From a virus, in IMG/VR virus record IMGVR_UViG_3300032163_000001, positions 46,249 to 110,248 of that record: DNA of 64,000 nt. One strand, given 5' to 3'. This document shows positions 47,701-57,341 of the stretch, in pieces. The position numbers were made by a program, and so were the translations under genes. Position 1 is the stretch's first letter. The number at the start of each line of letters is the position of its first letter. The notes below the pieces were generated by a model that searched no databases, was not told the DNA's origin, and was given only the letters and a program-made list of their open reading frames with translations.

Positions 47701-48175
47701 ACAAGCTGAGTTACATAAAGCTAATCCTGCTGTAGCTGCACCACCAGGACATTCTCTTCATGAGACTGGAAAAGCTCTAGATATTAACAGTGTTGGCGCT
47801 AATCAATTAGCTAAATCTGGACTTATGGAAAAATATGGTTTCTATCGTCCAATGTCATATGAACCCTGGCATTTACAAATGAAAAGTGAAGTAGGTGATC
47901 GAGTTCCATCTAGTCCTCTTAGTAGGACGCAACTAACTGCTATGATGGCTGAAAGTGAGTCTAGACCAATTTCTGCTATGTTAGAAGCAAACAAGAATCT
48001 TCAAGAGAGTGTATCTAGTGGTTTAAATAAAGTCTCGAACAATGTAAATGCTAGTACTAATACTATAAGTAATGTAGTAAATACAACTATGTCTTCTATG
48101 AATCAAGGTGGACAAAATAGAAGACAAGAACTAGATCCAGCACTAGAAGCAATTCTATCTGCAGATCTAAGTTAA
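44720..48175 (+). CDS. tape-measure-like or internal virion protein with C-terminal peptidase M15 (VanY/L-Ala-D-Glu peptidase-like) domain
   Basis: 1151 aa with coiled coils and a glycine-zipper hydrophobic segment. C-terminal FRSREKQAELH...PPGHSLHETGKALDIN resembles the M15 Zn-peptidase motifs. Confidence 0.55.
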   Translation: MSPRKLPPKPPRLSAKEKKQLQDAILEKDERQKIKNISSVAFQVENIQRQSARNIKNIENKIGGVASRLTAGTNKQIIEVRKYGDTAGVREVTKSVTKILDKLGLTIEALSRGIGAITLATARATKDAVQQYGRAISEDISVNKQNVIAMSLARTSPIFGYFVAKIFETDIFRNFLNRLKEKFSGIFSKIKGARRAREEGTESPFFEEEGSPIATSAIAAGRARRRRRTKVVAEGVGVRRTAVPGDIQSIVINVSKSISKGFSDLSQTITEAKDNIEELFTKSVTQSKKQLDAIISILSGRFKLRASSVLYRIDQNLLKLRLAVIGDESPYNSIFDEFLSQHKTLQKMYLAFSKIHKAVLFPFKLFFKVRGGYRSDIPRGPNVFQNIADILAVTYTTEMHKLDVIIEYLGDIGYGITGLSFRKPEEIKEKGTYTIFGKLKEFFESMKGGKEGVKGYIKKKMKKTPEELIDAFAKFYDLDADAMKEAYKMLPERVKERGRKVHEKVTGGVEKVAEGVRKTYERIRPVGEKGARRTYEAVKSAKDTTLNFLRRIYNTLVIRRSPIRTISEVMYDLHHTFISIKKDTKTIATTSKLDRLKEKKEDTKKGLYEKLQNAKEKAQAAVKRGKQIWQWIVMAGMMLLNVLKGIFGPVINIIQKLFSGGGALKGLLGGARGLGAAAGAAYGVYSTATGAIEGVKHAREWHGKKEGEKVSTSEKVTAGIGGALGGTKSGVSGALAGAAKGAGIGMAVGMVFPPAAPFAAIIGAVAGAILGAVGGKNIAKALQWSWNKIKSIGVAIWEGIKYPFVLVRDLFLKVKDWIGEKVSSIPDLFKSGLLAIWNSFKSFGSSLVEVGTNIKEWLIEKIGSIPVVGPILLKAMRAAAKGLKTVYEAAKEAPETIAAGAAKVKETAVRGGEAIAGGVAAAAKEVKEKGVVGAVGGVVGKAISKVAGIQIKPDVDTTGVKEPVWKNFTAMAEENKTKTGQDLVLNSAFRSREKQAELHKANPAVAAPPGHSLHETGKALDINSVGANQLAKSGLMEKYGFYRPMSYEPWHLQMKSEVGDRVPSSPLSRTQLTAMMAESESRPISAMLEANKNLQESVSSGLNKVSNNVNASTNTISNVVNTTMSSMNQGGQNRRQELDPALEAILSADLS

Positions 48176-48186
48176 GGAGTTAGAAA

Positions 48187-49410
48187 ATGGCTAAAGCTAG
48201 TGATGCAAGAACAATAAATCCAGATGAACCAAAGGGACCTGGTATTCAAGCAACTACAGAAAGAAAAACTACTATTCAACTGAGTGAAATTATAGGATTT
48301 CCTCCAAACGATACGTTTGACTCTGTTATGAGTAATTTACAACTGAACATTATTCCTTGGGTTACGATTTCTCCTTGTATTCCTAAGTTTAGTCTTGGAA
48401 TGACTTTATTCACAGCTGAAGATGCTTCAGTAGACTACGCAAAAAGGTTAGCTAATTTAGGGTTTTCATTAGGAAGATTTCCATTAGTAGTTGCATTTAT
48501 ACCTGACAATCCTCCAAGTGATACTATAAGTAATGAATATGGTGAAAGTTTCTTAAATAAAATAACAGATGTTGTATCTAGTGGAGCACAAGAATTAAAT
48601 TTTATGCTTGGTGGAAGGGATGTAAAAGAGAGTCTTAAAAGACTTGGAGCAGCTGGAGAAAAAGCAGGTGGAGTAATAGGAGGTATAACTGCAGGTGTAG
48701 CTGGTATAGGGGAAAAAGCTGCAAATCTTGGAGGAGATGTGTTAAATGCTATAAGTCCAGGAGCAGGTGATCTTATGTCTAAACTTATGGCTGGAAATAG
48801 AATAGATTTTCCTTTTGTTTGGAAGAATAGCGGGTATACTACAACCGCATCTATTACAGTTAGATTATATAATCCATTCCCTAGAAATGATTTTATGAAT
48901 AAAAAATATATTGTTGGTCCTCTTATGGCTTTACTTTGTTTAGCAACACCTATTTCAGATACTCCAAATGTTTACAGTTTTCCATACATACATAAAATAA
49001 AATGCAGAGGTCTTTTTCATTTTGACCCTGGAACTATTACTAATATATCAATTGTCAAAGGAGCTGAAAATCAGATCGCATTTAATCAAAGACCAAGTTT
49101 AGTGGATGTTAGAATAGATTTTGGTTCTCTCTTTTCTGTTTTACTAAATAGTACAGACAGTAATAGACCTACACTATGGCAATACAAAGAGACTTTAGAA
49201 GATAGTAGAGTGGTTTATCCTATATACCGAAAAAGAGAACCTGCTAGAAAGATAGATAGTGTGGTTATGAATTCTATAGAAGAAATGGCAGGATTACCCC
49301 AGAAAAAAGTTTTATCTACATCTCGTCCGGCAGCAGAAGAGACTTTAGAACCAGAAGCAAGGGTTAGTCAAGAAACTAAAGATTTAGCAGATAGTTTATC
49401 ATATGTCTAG
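48187..49410 (+). CDS. hypothetical (likely structural) protein
   Basis: 407-aa ORF, the last plus-strand gene before the strand switch. Confidence 0.4.
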   Translation: MAKASDARTINPDEPKGPGIQATTERKTTIQLSEIIGFPPNDTFDSVMSNLQLNIIPWVTISPCIPKFSLGMTLFTAEDASVDYAKRLANLGFSLGRFPLVVAFIPDNPPSDTISNEYGESFLNKITDVVSSGAQELNFMLGGRDVKESLKRLGAAGEKAGGVIGGITAGVAGIGEKAANLGGDVLNAISPGAGDLMSKLMAGNRIDFPFVWKNSGYTTTASITVRLYNPFPRNDFMNKKYIVGPLMALLCLATPISDTPNVYSFPYIHKIKCRGLFHFDPGTITNISIVKGAENQIAFNQRPSLVDVRIDFGSLFSVLLNSTDSNRPTLWQYKETLEDSRVVYPIYRKREPARKIDSVVMNSIEEMAGLPQKKVLSTSRPAAEETLEPEARVSQETKDLADSLSYV

Positions 49411-50528
49411 CATATTTTATTTCTAACAAACATTGTTATATAAAATGCTAGAAATGAAGTTACTAAAGATTGACTTTGTGGTGTGAGTTTAGAATAGTTA
49501 GAAAAAGTTTTTGTTGCTTTTAAAATCTTTATTAATAGTTCATTTACTTGTTGTTTAAAATAAACTGGTCTAGTAGTCCTTTTTATAGCCATTAAAATTC
49601 TAACATACTTAAAAAATTCTTTTCCACATATAATAGAAACAGAATTAACATCTCTTACAAATAAATCAACAATTGATTTGACATTTTCTTGGTAAGTTAC
49701 ATTAGATAATTCTTGTACAATAAGCGTTGCAAGGGTCTCTCTAACTTTAGTTAAAGATTTTGCTTCTGCTAGAGCTTTCTCATCAATTTCTTTATAAACA
49801 ACTATACTTTTCGTAATACTATCAACTAATTGAGTCCTTTTTTCTAAAGTCTGATATTCGTATTCTTCTCCTTCTTCGCTGGTATAAGGGGCTCTATATT
49901 TTACACCTTCTTTTTGATACTTAAAGTATGCTATTTGAAAACTCCTTATACTCTGCGCAATTCTAGTTCTACATGCTGTTATAAAACCAGCTATTTCATC
50001 TGCATCTTTAGCTAAAATTACGTTAGTATATTTATTCTGCATTTGTTGTGTAATAAAGAATAAAGCTCCAGGTATACTTTTTTCTCTAACGAATAAATGA
50101 GTTTTACTCAAATGTTCTAATGTGTACGTAAATACTCCGTTATTGCAATATTTTATTCGGTGTCGCATTAGACGAGAATATTCTTTTAAACTGTGCCAAA
50201 GAAGAGAAGATAAGTAAGATTGCATATCTCTTTTCTTCAAAAAATAGTAAGCAATAAAAATTACTAAGTTAGTATGAAGATCTCTATGAAGAGATAAAGC
50301 TGCTTGTTTAGATCCCTTGTAAAACTCTGCAATATGTTCTCTGATATCTTTATCAGTCAACCCAGTAAGATTTAATAGCTGATAGTAATGCTTTTGAATC
50401 TTGGGGTAGTAGCATGGTTCCGACAATTTGCTCATTTCGTCAGCTGATACTCTAACGATGTAAGATTTGAGTTCAGGCTCGTTTATATTTGCTCTTGCGA
50501 GTAAAATATCCATTATTTTCCTTTTCAA
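49407..50528 (-). CDS. hypothetical protein
   Basis: 373-aa ORF, convergent with the plus-strand block. Confidence 0.45.
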   Translation of the reverse strand: MKRKIMDILLARANINEPELKSYIVRVSADEMSKLSEPCYYPKIQKHYYQLLNLTGLTDKDIREHIAEFYKGSKQAALSLHRDLHTNLVIFIAYYFLKKRDMQSYLSSLLWHSLKEYSRLMRHRIKYCNNGVFTYTLEHLSKTHLFVREKSIPGALFFITQQMQNKYTNVILAKDADEIAGFITACRTRIAQSIRSFQIAYFKYQKEGVKYRAPYTSEEGEEYEYQTLEKRTQLVDSITKSIVVYKEIDEKALAEAKSLTKVRETLATLIVQELSNVTYQENVKSIVDLFVRDVNSVSIICGKEFFKYVRILMAIKRTTRPVYFKQQVNELLIKILKATKTFSNYSKLTPQSQSLVTSFLAFYITMFVRNKIC

Positions 50529-50623
50529 CGATTATACATTGAACTGGTATTTTCTAATATTTTGGAACTATAACCAATTGATAGTATTCAAAAATTTTTT
50601 GGTAAATTTCTTAATTAGAGTAG

Positions 50624-53122
50624 TTACAGAACCCAAATACTAATATTTTCTGTAGCAAAGTATATATACTCTGGTCCGTATTCTAAAAGCTCTCTCTGAG
50701 TTAATTCGTCTAAATCAAAATTATAGTAAATACTTGTTTCTGGCTTGACTAGTCTACAATGACCTACGCCAGTAACTTCTTGAACTACATCTATAATTTC
50801 AGACCTATATATAGATATGTTAGTTCCAAATCGACTTCCAAAAGCAGTTATTAAAGAATCTTTAATAGCATTAGATAGTTCGATATCAGAACCTGTATAA
50901 GAACTAGATTTAAAAACTTCTAGTTCAATTTCTAAAGGAAGCTGATATTCTGGAACTCTCCATTCTCCTTCTGAAAAAATATATTTTTTCTCTTTGTTTT
51001 CAACGTAGATTGTATTATCTATTACTGGAGTAGAGAATGCCCAAGTTTGGAGAACTTCATTAATACATTCAGCTATACTTCCTCTTGGCTGACCTTCCCA
51101 ACTTCCGCCTTCCACACCTGATATGATAAATCTATCTCCTAAACTAGCAAATAGAGGTACTGCTTCTACATTTATATCTATAACAGGAAATTTGTTAGTC
51201 TCATTTAATTGCATATTTTTTAGTAAACCTGTTGTATTTGTTAATTTTATATTGGTAAAATCAGTCAACATTCTTTTAGCTGCAAAGTCTGTTCCAGATA
51301 AAATCGATTGTAGTATTTGAGACTCAAAAGTTCTTTTATCTATACTATCATAATAAGATTTTTTAATAACAGGAATATCAAATACCATAGCACTAGTAGA
51401 ATCTATTTCTACAAAAGTTGTTGAATCTCCAACTACCATATTTGACATCATAAAATCATCAAGAGATCTTCTAAAAGTTAAACTTACAGAGTATTGAGCA
51501 ATCAGTGTACCGCTTCTAGAAATCGTAAAATATACATTCAAAGCCCCTTCCGGAATCTCTGTATATGGATCGAAAGTGTAGGTAAATCTTGAGTTACTAT
51601 AATCATTAGTCATTTCATATTTTTTTCCAGATTCAGCAAACATTATTTCACATTCACAAGATGTTGAATCAGATTCATCTGTATAGTAATATAGATTTAA
51701 AACTGCTGTATTTTCTTCTTTTGTAGTTAAAAGTCTAGTAGCAGATATATTATAAGTTTGACCATAACTTCTAACTAGCAAAGGGACTTGTTCAGTTTCA
51801 TACATAATATATTGGTAATTCGCTACTTTATTAATATAATCAATAGTCATATCAAAAAGAGTATAATAATCTACACTATCAACTTCAACTATAGTATTTC
51901 TAGGAATATAAGAAGTTAATTGACTAATAAGATACTTAGCGTTTCTTGTTGGGACTGGACTATCACCAAAGAATAAAGTACTATAAAGTTGAATTTCATT
52001 AACTTTTAAATCTGATCGTTTTAAAACGGGTAAAGAATTTTCAGCTACTGGTGAGTTAGGTAGTACTACATTAGCATTTTTGTAGTCCGATTCAGAAACT
52101 AACCTTCCTAAAGCTGTTAAACTTGCTATAGCATTTGATCTTATTTCATCTAGAGATTCTTCGTCTGCACCTCCAGTTGTAGGTGATGCATTGATAACAG
52201 AATAATTAAGAACTTTAGTAACTCCAGCTTGAGTAGTTGTATATATTCTATCACCTTTGTTAATAGAACCAGCTATTACATTTCCTGATTCTCCAAGAGT
52301 TTCATTTATGGTTGCTCTAATAGTTGATCCTGGAGTTGGTTGGACACCTATAACTCCATTTCCAAAATATAATCTTCTTCCTTCACTAGTTTTCCTAGAG
52401 ACGAAACCTTTATCAAGGGTAGACATTAAATAGAGACTACTGAATTCAGTATATACAACCCAAGATGAACTACCTGGTTCTTGAACTTCTATAATTAGTG
52501 ATGATATTTTACCTGTTAGTGGAATATCTATAGTAATAAATTGATAAAAGTCTAAATCCTGGTCAATTTGAAATTCTTGTTGATAAGACTTATATTGTTT
52601 TACTGAAAGTACAAAACTAAAACTATTTGTTACAGTTGTATCTATACTAACTGGTAGATTATATATTTTTTGACCATCTTGAACTAGAACTGTAGCATTT
52701 TGGTTATTAGTTACTGTAATAGTAGTTACATAATCAGTTATGAATTCAACTTGGCCTGCATAGAATTTAAATCCAGAAGGTATTGTAATAGTTATAGAGT
52801 CTTCAAAACCAAAAGGAATAGTCATTAAAGCATTAGCTATAGAATAAGATGCTTCTTCAGTATTATATCCTAGAAAAGTAGCAAGGTTTAAAATTGATTC
52901 AGGGAGTTGAGCTGTAGTAAGAAAAAATTCTCTATAAGCAGAAATTTGGTAAAACAATATATTGGACGTTAAAGTTGCTAAGATATTAATCATGAAAGAC
53001 ATGTATGAAGACTTAAGTAAATCTACGTTCCTTAAGTCTAAATATGTCTGAAAGTATTCAATGATTTGACTTCTTATTTGATCCCTAGATAGAAAAATTT
53101 GACTAGAAATTGCAGTTTCCAA
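50624..53122 (-). CDS. large tail/baseplate structural protein (possibly gp6/J-like)
   Basis: 832 aa, in the same operon as a gp25-like baseplate gene; no specific motif seen. Confidence 0.3.
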   Translation of the reverse strand: METAISSQIFLSRDQIRSQIIEYFQTYLDLRNVDLLKSSYMSFMINILATLTSNILFYQISAYREFFLTTAQLPESILNLATFLGYNTEEASYSIANALMTIPFGFEDSITITIPSGFKFYAGQVEFITDYVTTITVTNNQNATVLVQDGQKIYNLPVSIDTTVTNSFSFVLSVKQYKSYQQEFQIDQDLDFYQFITIDIPLTGKISSLIIEVQEPGSSSWVVYTEFSSLYLMSTLDKGFVSRKTSEGRRLYFGNGVIGVQPTPGSTIRATINETLGESGNVIAGSINKGDRIYTTTQAGVTKVLNYSVINASPTTGGADEESLDEIRSNAIASLTALGRLVSESDYKNANVVLPNSPVAENSLPVLKRSDLKVNEIQLYSTLFFGDSPVPTRNAKYLISQLTSYIPRNTIVEVDSVDYYTLFDMTIDYINKVANYQYIMYETEQVPLLVRSYGQTYNISATRLLTTKEENTAVLNLYYYTDESDSTSCECEIMFAESGKKYEMTNDYSNSRFTYTFDPYTEIPEGALNVYFTISRSGTLIAQYSVSLTFRRSLDDFMMSNMVVGDSTTFVEIDSTSAMVFDIPVIKKSYYDSIDKRTFESQILQSILSGTDFAAKRMLTDFTNIKLTNTTGLLKNMQLNETNKFPVIDINVEAVPLFASLGDRFIISGVEGGSWEGQPRGSIAECINEVLQTWAFSTPVIDNTIYVENKEKKYIFSEGEWRVPEYQLPLEIELEVFKSSSYTGSDIELSNAIKDSLITAFGSRFGTNISIYRSEIIDVVQEVTGVGHCRLVKPETSIYYNFDLDELTQRELLEYGPEYIYFATENISIWVL

Positions 53123-53124
53123 AG

Positions 53125-54003
53125 TTATAACTCCTCAAAATTAGATAATTTTTCTAAAAGACGTTCTTTATTGCTTAAATCTTGATCCCATAAAACTAAA
53201 CACTTATATCCTTCTTTTTCGAAATGGTTGATTCTATTTTCTTCGTGTTCACCATTTGTTAGAGTATCATTTAAATATTTTTTTCTATGTTTTTGCGTAT
53301 GTCTGTATCCAAAGAATTCTATAATTTTTTTAGACTTTTCATTTAAAAAGTCAGGGTTCTTACCATTGATCCAAATTCTTAAATCACCAGTATATTCGTA
53401 TTCGTAATTATGGTTATCTAATATAGATTTAATTTCTAGTTCTGGTTTTGTAGGTTTTATATGTTCCGATTTTCTTGTTAATGAAAGGTATTCTAAACTT
53501 TTTCTTAACTCTTCTGGTTTTTCTAACCTCTTTTTGTGAGATAAACTTTGTTTTTCTTTAGTTTTTTCAGATACTATTCTCCCTCTAAAAACTTTACTAA
53601 GTTTCTTTTTTGTTTCCTCAGAACAAGGATGGCTCTTTCCTTTCATTACTTTACTTTGATGACTTTTTTCTTCGTCAGTTTTTGGCCTTAACTTTTTACC
53701 CTTGTTTTTTCCGGATTTTCCTTTTAGAGCTATGCTTACATTTTTATTCCACTCTTCGTCATGAATTATATTTTTATGAGAATTAGACATTTGTTTTCTT
53801 GTTTCTTTACTTACTTTATCTTTACCATTCTTTCGTCTAGTCTCCCATCTTTTTTGACTAGTTTCTTTAGATTGGTGTTTCCCAAACATCGAGTGTTTTT
53901 CTCCATACCTTTTGTTTCCTTCACAGGACTCCCAATCTTTACTACAACACCATTTCCCATTCTTAAATTGATATTTAGCTTCTTGACCACATCCACACAA
54001 CAT
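53125..54003 (-). CDS. homing endonuclease: Zn finger, NUMOD-like repeats, Vsr-like nuclease domain
   Basis: N-terminal MLCGCGQEAKYQFKNGKWCC. HSMFGKHQSKETSQK repeats. C-terminal IIEFFGYRHTQKH...GYKCLVLWDQD. Confidence 0.55.
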   Translation of the reverse strand: MLCGCGQEAKYQFKNGKWCCSKDWESCEGNKRYGEKHSMFGKHQSKETSQKRWETRRKNGKDKVSKETRKQMSNSHKNIIHDEEWNKNVSIALKGKSGKNKGKKLRPKTDEEKSHQSKVMKGKSHPCSEETKKKLSKVFRGRIVSEKTKEKQSLSHKKRLEKPEELRKSLEYLSLTRKSEHIKPTKPELEIKSILDNHNYEYEYTGDLRIWINGKNPDFLNEKSKKIIEFFGYRHTQKHRKKYLNDTLTNGEHEENRINHFEKEGYKCLVLWDQDLSNKERLLEKLSNFEEL

Positions 54004-54020
54004 AAATTGTTTGATATCCT

Positions 54021-54440
54021 TTATCTTATTCCTCTCTTAGCTCCCTCAATATCTAGTTTTAACTTTCTGATCTTTTGGTCGATTCTTTCTTTACATTTAC
54101 TCGAATTACTTTTTTGGTGACATCTACTTCTATCAACTAACAGTTTTGTTATTTGTTTATTTTTAATAGAAATTGTACATCCGCTTGTACACTTTTGGTA
54201 TTCATTCCTGCTCACATTTCCACGTTTAAGTTTTTGCCTACAGTAATCTAAACATCTAGATATTTCTGATGGCACTTTTTCTTGCAAAACGTTAATAACT
54301 GACGAATTTACTCCTTTAATCCATTTCTGGAATTTTTCATATTCTGAGTTAGAGATTTTATTTTTAAGTTTACTTTCAGAGATTTTATCTAGCAAATAGC
54401 TGATATAACATTCTCTTATAATGTTATTTATAATTTTCAT
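54021..54440 (-). CDS. Cys-rich basic protein sharing a C-terminal 6-Cys module with the genes at 55108, 58370, 59205 and 60088
   Basis: CLDYCRQKLKRG...CTSGCTISI...CHQKS..SKCKERIDQKIRKL. Confidence 0.4.
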   Translation of the reverse strand: MKIINNIIRECYISYLLDKISESKLKNKISNSEYEKFQKWIKGVNSSVINVLQEKVPSEISRCLDYCRQKLKRGNVSRNEYQKCTSGCTISIKNKQITKLLVDRSRCHQKSNSSKCKERIDQKIRKLKLDIEGAKRGIR

Positions 54441-54456
54441 CTTTTTTTTCCTGTCC

Positions 54457-55101
54457 TTAAATAAAATAAAATCCAGAATTTTCGTCGAATAAGTCTTTTA
54501 ATCTCTTTTTAAGCAGTTCATTTTTCAGTGTCATTCTAGTTAAAAATAGTGTATCTGGTATAGTATAAATTTGTTTCGTATATTCAAAGAAGCTATATGT
54601 ACTTAATACTTGGGGTTCTAATTCGGTTGTGGTTCTACTTTGTTCAGTAACTAATTTCAACTTATAAAATCCTCTAATTAAATGGGGACTTTTTTCAACA
54701 TTAGTAACTGCATAAAGAGAATAGGTATCATTTGTTGGTTGGAGATAAGTCTGTTCTAATTTAACAATATCATTTGGATAAGGATTCAATTCGTATGAAC
54801 TTGGTATAACTATGTTTGTTTCTCTCTCTCTTGTTATACCAAGTTCACTTGCGTCAGATGTTAGAGTTAGTTCATCTATGAAAAAAACAGGAAGTAGTAA
54901 AATTTTATCCCATCTAATTCCTGATAACTCTCCTATCTTCTCATAGTAACCTCCAATTAGTTTAGTTGAATCCCAACTAGTGTCTGTTAAGTTTATATGG
55001 TAGTACGTTACAAGGAAAGCTGTAGCAGTTTTACTGTAGTAATCGTATATTAGTTTTTGATATTCATGAATATAATCGTATAATCTAGTATAGAACTGCA
55101 T
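54457..55101 (-). CDS. hypothetical protein
   Basis: 214-aa ORF. Confidence 0.4.
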   Translation of the reverse strand: MQFYTRLYDYIHEYQKLIYDYYSKTATAFLVTYYHINLTDTSWDSTKLIGGYYEKIGELSGIRWDKILLLPVFFIDELTLTSDASELGITRERETNIVIPSSYELNPYPNDIVKLEQTYLQPTNDTYSLYAVTNVEKSPHLIRGFYKLKLVTEQSRTTTELEPQVLSTYSFFEYTKQIYTIPDTLFLTRMTLKNELLKKRLKDLFDENSGFYFI

Positions 55102-55107
55102 AGCTTT

Positions 55108-55671
55108 TTAACGTCCAAGAGTTTTTGCATATCGTTTTTGAGTTTTCGCCAGTCTTCCTTGCCACTTTCTTATTTGTTTATCAAATCCTTTTACGCAGTT
55201 TTCAGGATTTTTGACTTCTTTACTATTGCACTGTCCCCTTGCTTTATTTATCTCTCCTATAACACGTTTTATTCCATCAATTTTACAGTCAAGCATGCAT
55301 TTTTTGTCAGGCATAACTCTACCGCATTTTGCTCTACATGGATCAGTAAATCTTCTATACATGTAGGTCAAGAACAATGCCATAGGCATGGTAACTGGAA
55401 ACAAGTGAGAAGCAAAATATGCAATCAAACCATATTTCGCCATTCTCTTCCACCTTGATTCGTAGTCTCTCATTTTTCTAGCATCTACTGGTTTTCCATC
55501 TTGTTCAAAAATTGCAGAAATCATTTGCTCATAAGTAAGTTTCTTTGCCCATTGGTACATCTTAGCATGTTGAAGAAGAGAAAGTTGTTCTCTTAAGTGT
55601 TTACTTGAATTTACAGTCTCAAGAATATAATCTCTACATGCTAATTTAAATATCCTTTTATCGAAGTCCAT
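55108..55671 (-). CDS. protein with hydrophobic segment and the shared C-terminal Cys-rich module
   Basis: PDKKCMLDCKIDGIKRVIGEINKARGQC...NPENC aligns with PEKNNCMLKFKIE...LSAC..DPEKC of the paralogue trio. Confidence 0.4.
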   Translation of the reverse strand: MDFDKRIFKLACRDYILETVNSSKHLREQLSLLQHAKMYQWAKKLTYEQMISAIFEQDGKPVDARKMRDYESRWKRMAKYGLIAYFASHLFPVTMPMALFLTYMYRRFTDPCRAKCGRVMPDKKCMLDCKIDGIKRVIGEINKARGQCNSKEVKNPENCVKGFDKQIRKWQGRLAKTQKRYAKTLGR

Positions 55672-55673
55672 TT

Positions 55674-56186
55674 TTAAATCCTCCTATTTTCAAATCTTAC
55701 TGGTTTTATAAAAGCTAAGTTTTTAGAAGCTAATATATCTAGAGACAAACTATCTACTTCTTTTGTTTCTAAATTTAATTTTGAAACTAAGTTGTAAATT
55801 CTGCTTTTCAATGTACTTTCTTTTTGTTGGTAAATTAAAAGTATTTCTTTATTTAAAAAAATCTTACTTTGGCCTTTAAGAGTTATGAGATAAGTTCCTT
55901 TTTCTATTGTCTTAACTTTTGCTAAAGTTTCTTCAACTACTTCAAACCTATCCTCAAAGTATTCTTTTTCTCCTTCGATGATTTCATCTAAGAGTTCGTC
56001 TGGAATTCTAGTAATATAAGCACAACCATAAGTACCAGATACTTCAGATCTTTCTCCTAGTAGTGTTAAGTATACACTATCTGTATCAGTTCTTGGAAGA
56101 ATAAAAAGGTGAGTGTTTCTTATAAATTTCTTTTTAAATATACCTTTGTAATTCTTTAAGATACAGTAGTAAACGTATTTGAGCAT
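55674..56186 (-). CDS. hypothetical protein
   Basis: 170-aa ORF. Confidence 0.4.
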   Translation of the reverse strand: MLKYVYYCILKNYKGIFKKKFIRNTHLFILPRTDTDSVYLTLLGERSEVSGTYGCAYITRIPDELLDEIIEGEKEYFEDRFEVVEETLAKVKTIEKGTYLITLKGQSKIFLNKEILLIYQQKESTLKSRIYNLVSKLNLETKEVDSLSLDILASKNLAFIKPVRFENRRI

Positions 56187-56196
56187 TTTTACCTTC

Positions 56197-56625
56197 TTAG
56201 AGATTTGCGAAAAGAGATTGATTTATTGTAGTAGAAAGTTGTCCATGTTGATTCATGTAACTTACAAAAATAGTTACGTTAAATCCTTTCATATTAGTAA
56301 GAAATTGGATATCAAGTCCAGTAATTCTAGCTCTATCATCAAACATAGTTAATCGATATCTAATTTCTTCTTCGATTTTCTCTTTCGTTACATCATCAGC
56401 TGGATCAAAAATGCACTTATACAAATTAGAACCAAATTCTGGATCAAATGAAGACGTTCTTAAAGGAGTTGTTAGTATATTATTCCATGATAGTAAAATA
56501 GCATTGAGGTCGAATATTTTTTCTAAATCTCCATTAGAACCTATTTTGCTGGTATAATCAACTATTCTTCCTCTAGATCCAACTGCACTTCTTTGGAACC
56601 TGTCTATACTATTAACATTACTCAT
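56197..56625 (-). CDS. baseplate wedge protein, gp25/GPW family
   Basis: SSFDPEFGSNLYKCIFDPADD resembles the gp25 motif (RPEFGS.L..LLFEP.D). Confidence 0.65.
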   Translation of the reverse strand: MSNVNSIDRFQRSAVGSRGRIVDYTSKIGSNGDLEKIFDLNAILLSWNNILTTPLRTSSFDPEFGSNLYKCIFDPADDVTKEKIEEEIRYRLTMFDDRARITGLDIQFLTNMKGFNVTIFVSYMNQHGQLSTTINQSLFANL

Positions 56626-56635
56626 CTTGGCATCC

Positions 56636-57316
56636 TTAGAAAACCGAGATTTTTTGTTTTAAAGTTTGTATATCTTTTAGTTCATCCTCCCAAATAAGTA
56701 GACAATCAAAACCATATTTGGAGTAATGAGACTTTAAATATTCTTCTTCCTGTTGTTTAGTTCTTCTCTTTACTTTTTCTCCATGCCAGTAAGTTCCTAG
56801 AAACTCTATCAATTGTTTCTTTCCATTAATATTGATCCAATCTGGATTTTTTCCTCCAATCCAAACTTGAAAATCTCCGACATATCTAAATTCTTTTGGT
56901 TTAGTAGTTTGAACTAAATCATCTACTAGAAGTTCAGTATCGTTTGGTTTTCTTTCACATGCTTTAAAGATTTTAGAAAGATGCTCTGCTTTTTCTCCAT
57001 CTGTTTTATTTTTCCAAACTTCTTTAGTTACTTCCGACATTTTAGTAGAGAACTTTCTTTTTTCTTCATCAGTTCTATTTCTCCAAACTTCTTTCGCAGT
57101 TTCTGATATCTCTATTCTCTTTTCTGGATCTTTTCGAACTTCTTTTTGTATTTCTGAATTTCTCTTTCTTATCTCAAATCTATTCTTAACTTCTTTCGCA
57201 GTTTCTGAATTCTTCTTTCTACTAACTAGACAAGAATTCCAGCTCTTGCTACAACACCATTTTCCATTCTTAAATTGGTATAGTGCTTCTTGATTACACC
57301 CATATTCACAAATCAC
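56636..57316 (-). CDS. homing endonuclease: Zn finger plus Vsr-like nuclease domain
   Basis: N-terminal MICEYGCNQEALYQFKNGKWCC. C-terminal LIEFLGTYWHGEK...GFDCLLIWEDE. Confidence 0.55.
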   Translation of the reverse strand: MICEYGCNQEALYQFKNGKWCCSKSWNSCLVSRKKNSETAKEVKNRFEIRKRNSEIQKEVRKDPEKRIEISETAKEVWRNRTDEEKRKFSTKMSEVTKEVWKNKTDGEKAEHLSKIFKACERKPNDTELLVDDLVQTTKPKEFRYVGDFQVWIGGKNPDWININGKKQLIEFLGTYWHGEKVKRRTKQQEEEYLKSHYSKYGFDCLLIWEDELKDIQTLKQKISVF

Positions 57317-57341
57317 AGTTTACCATCTCTCTTGCATTTTC

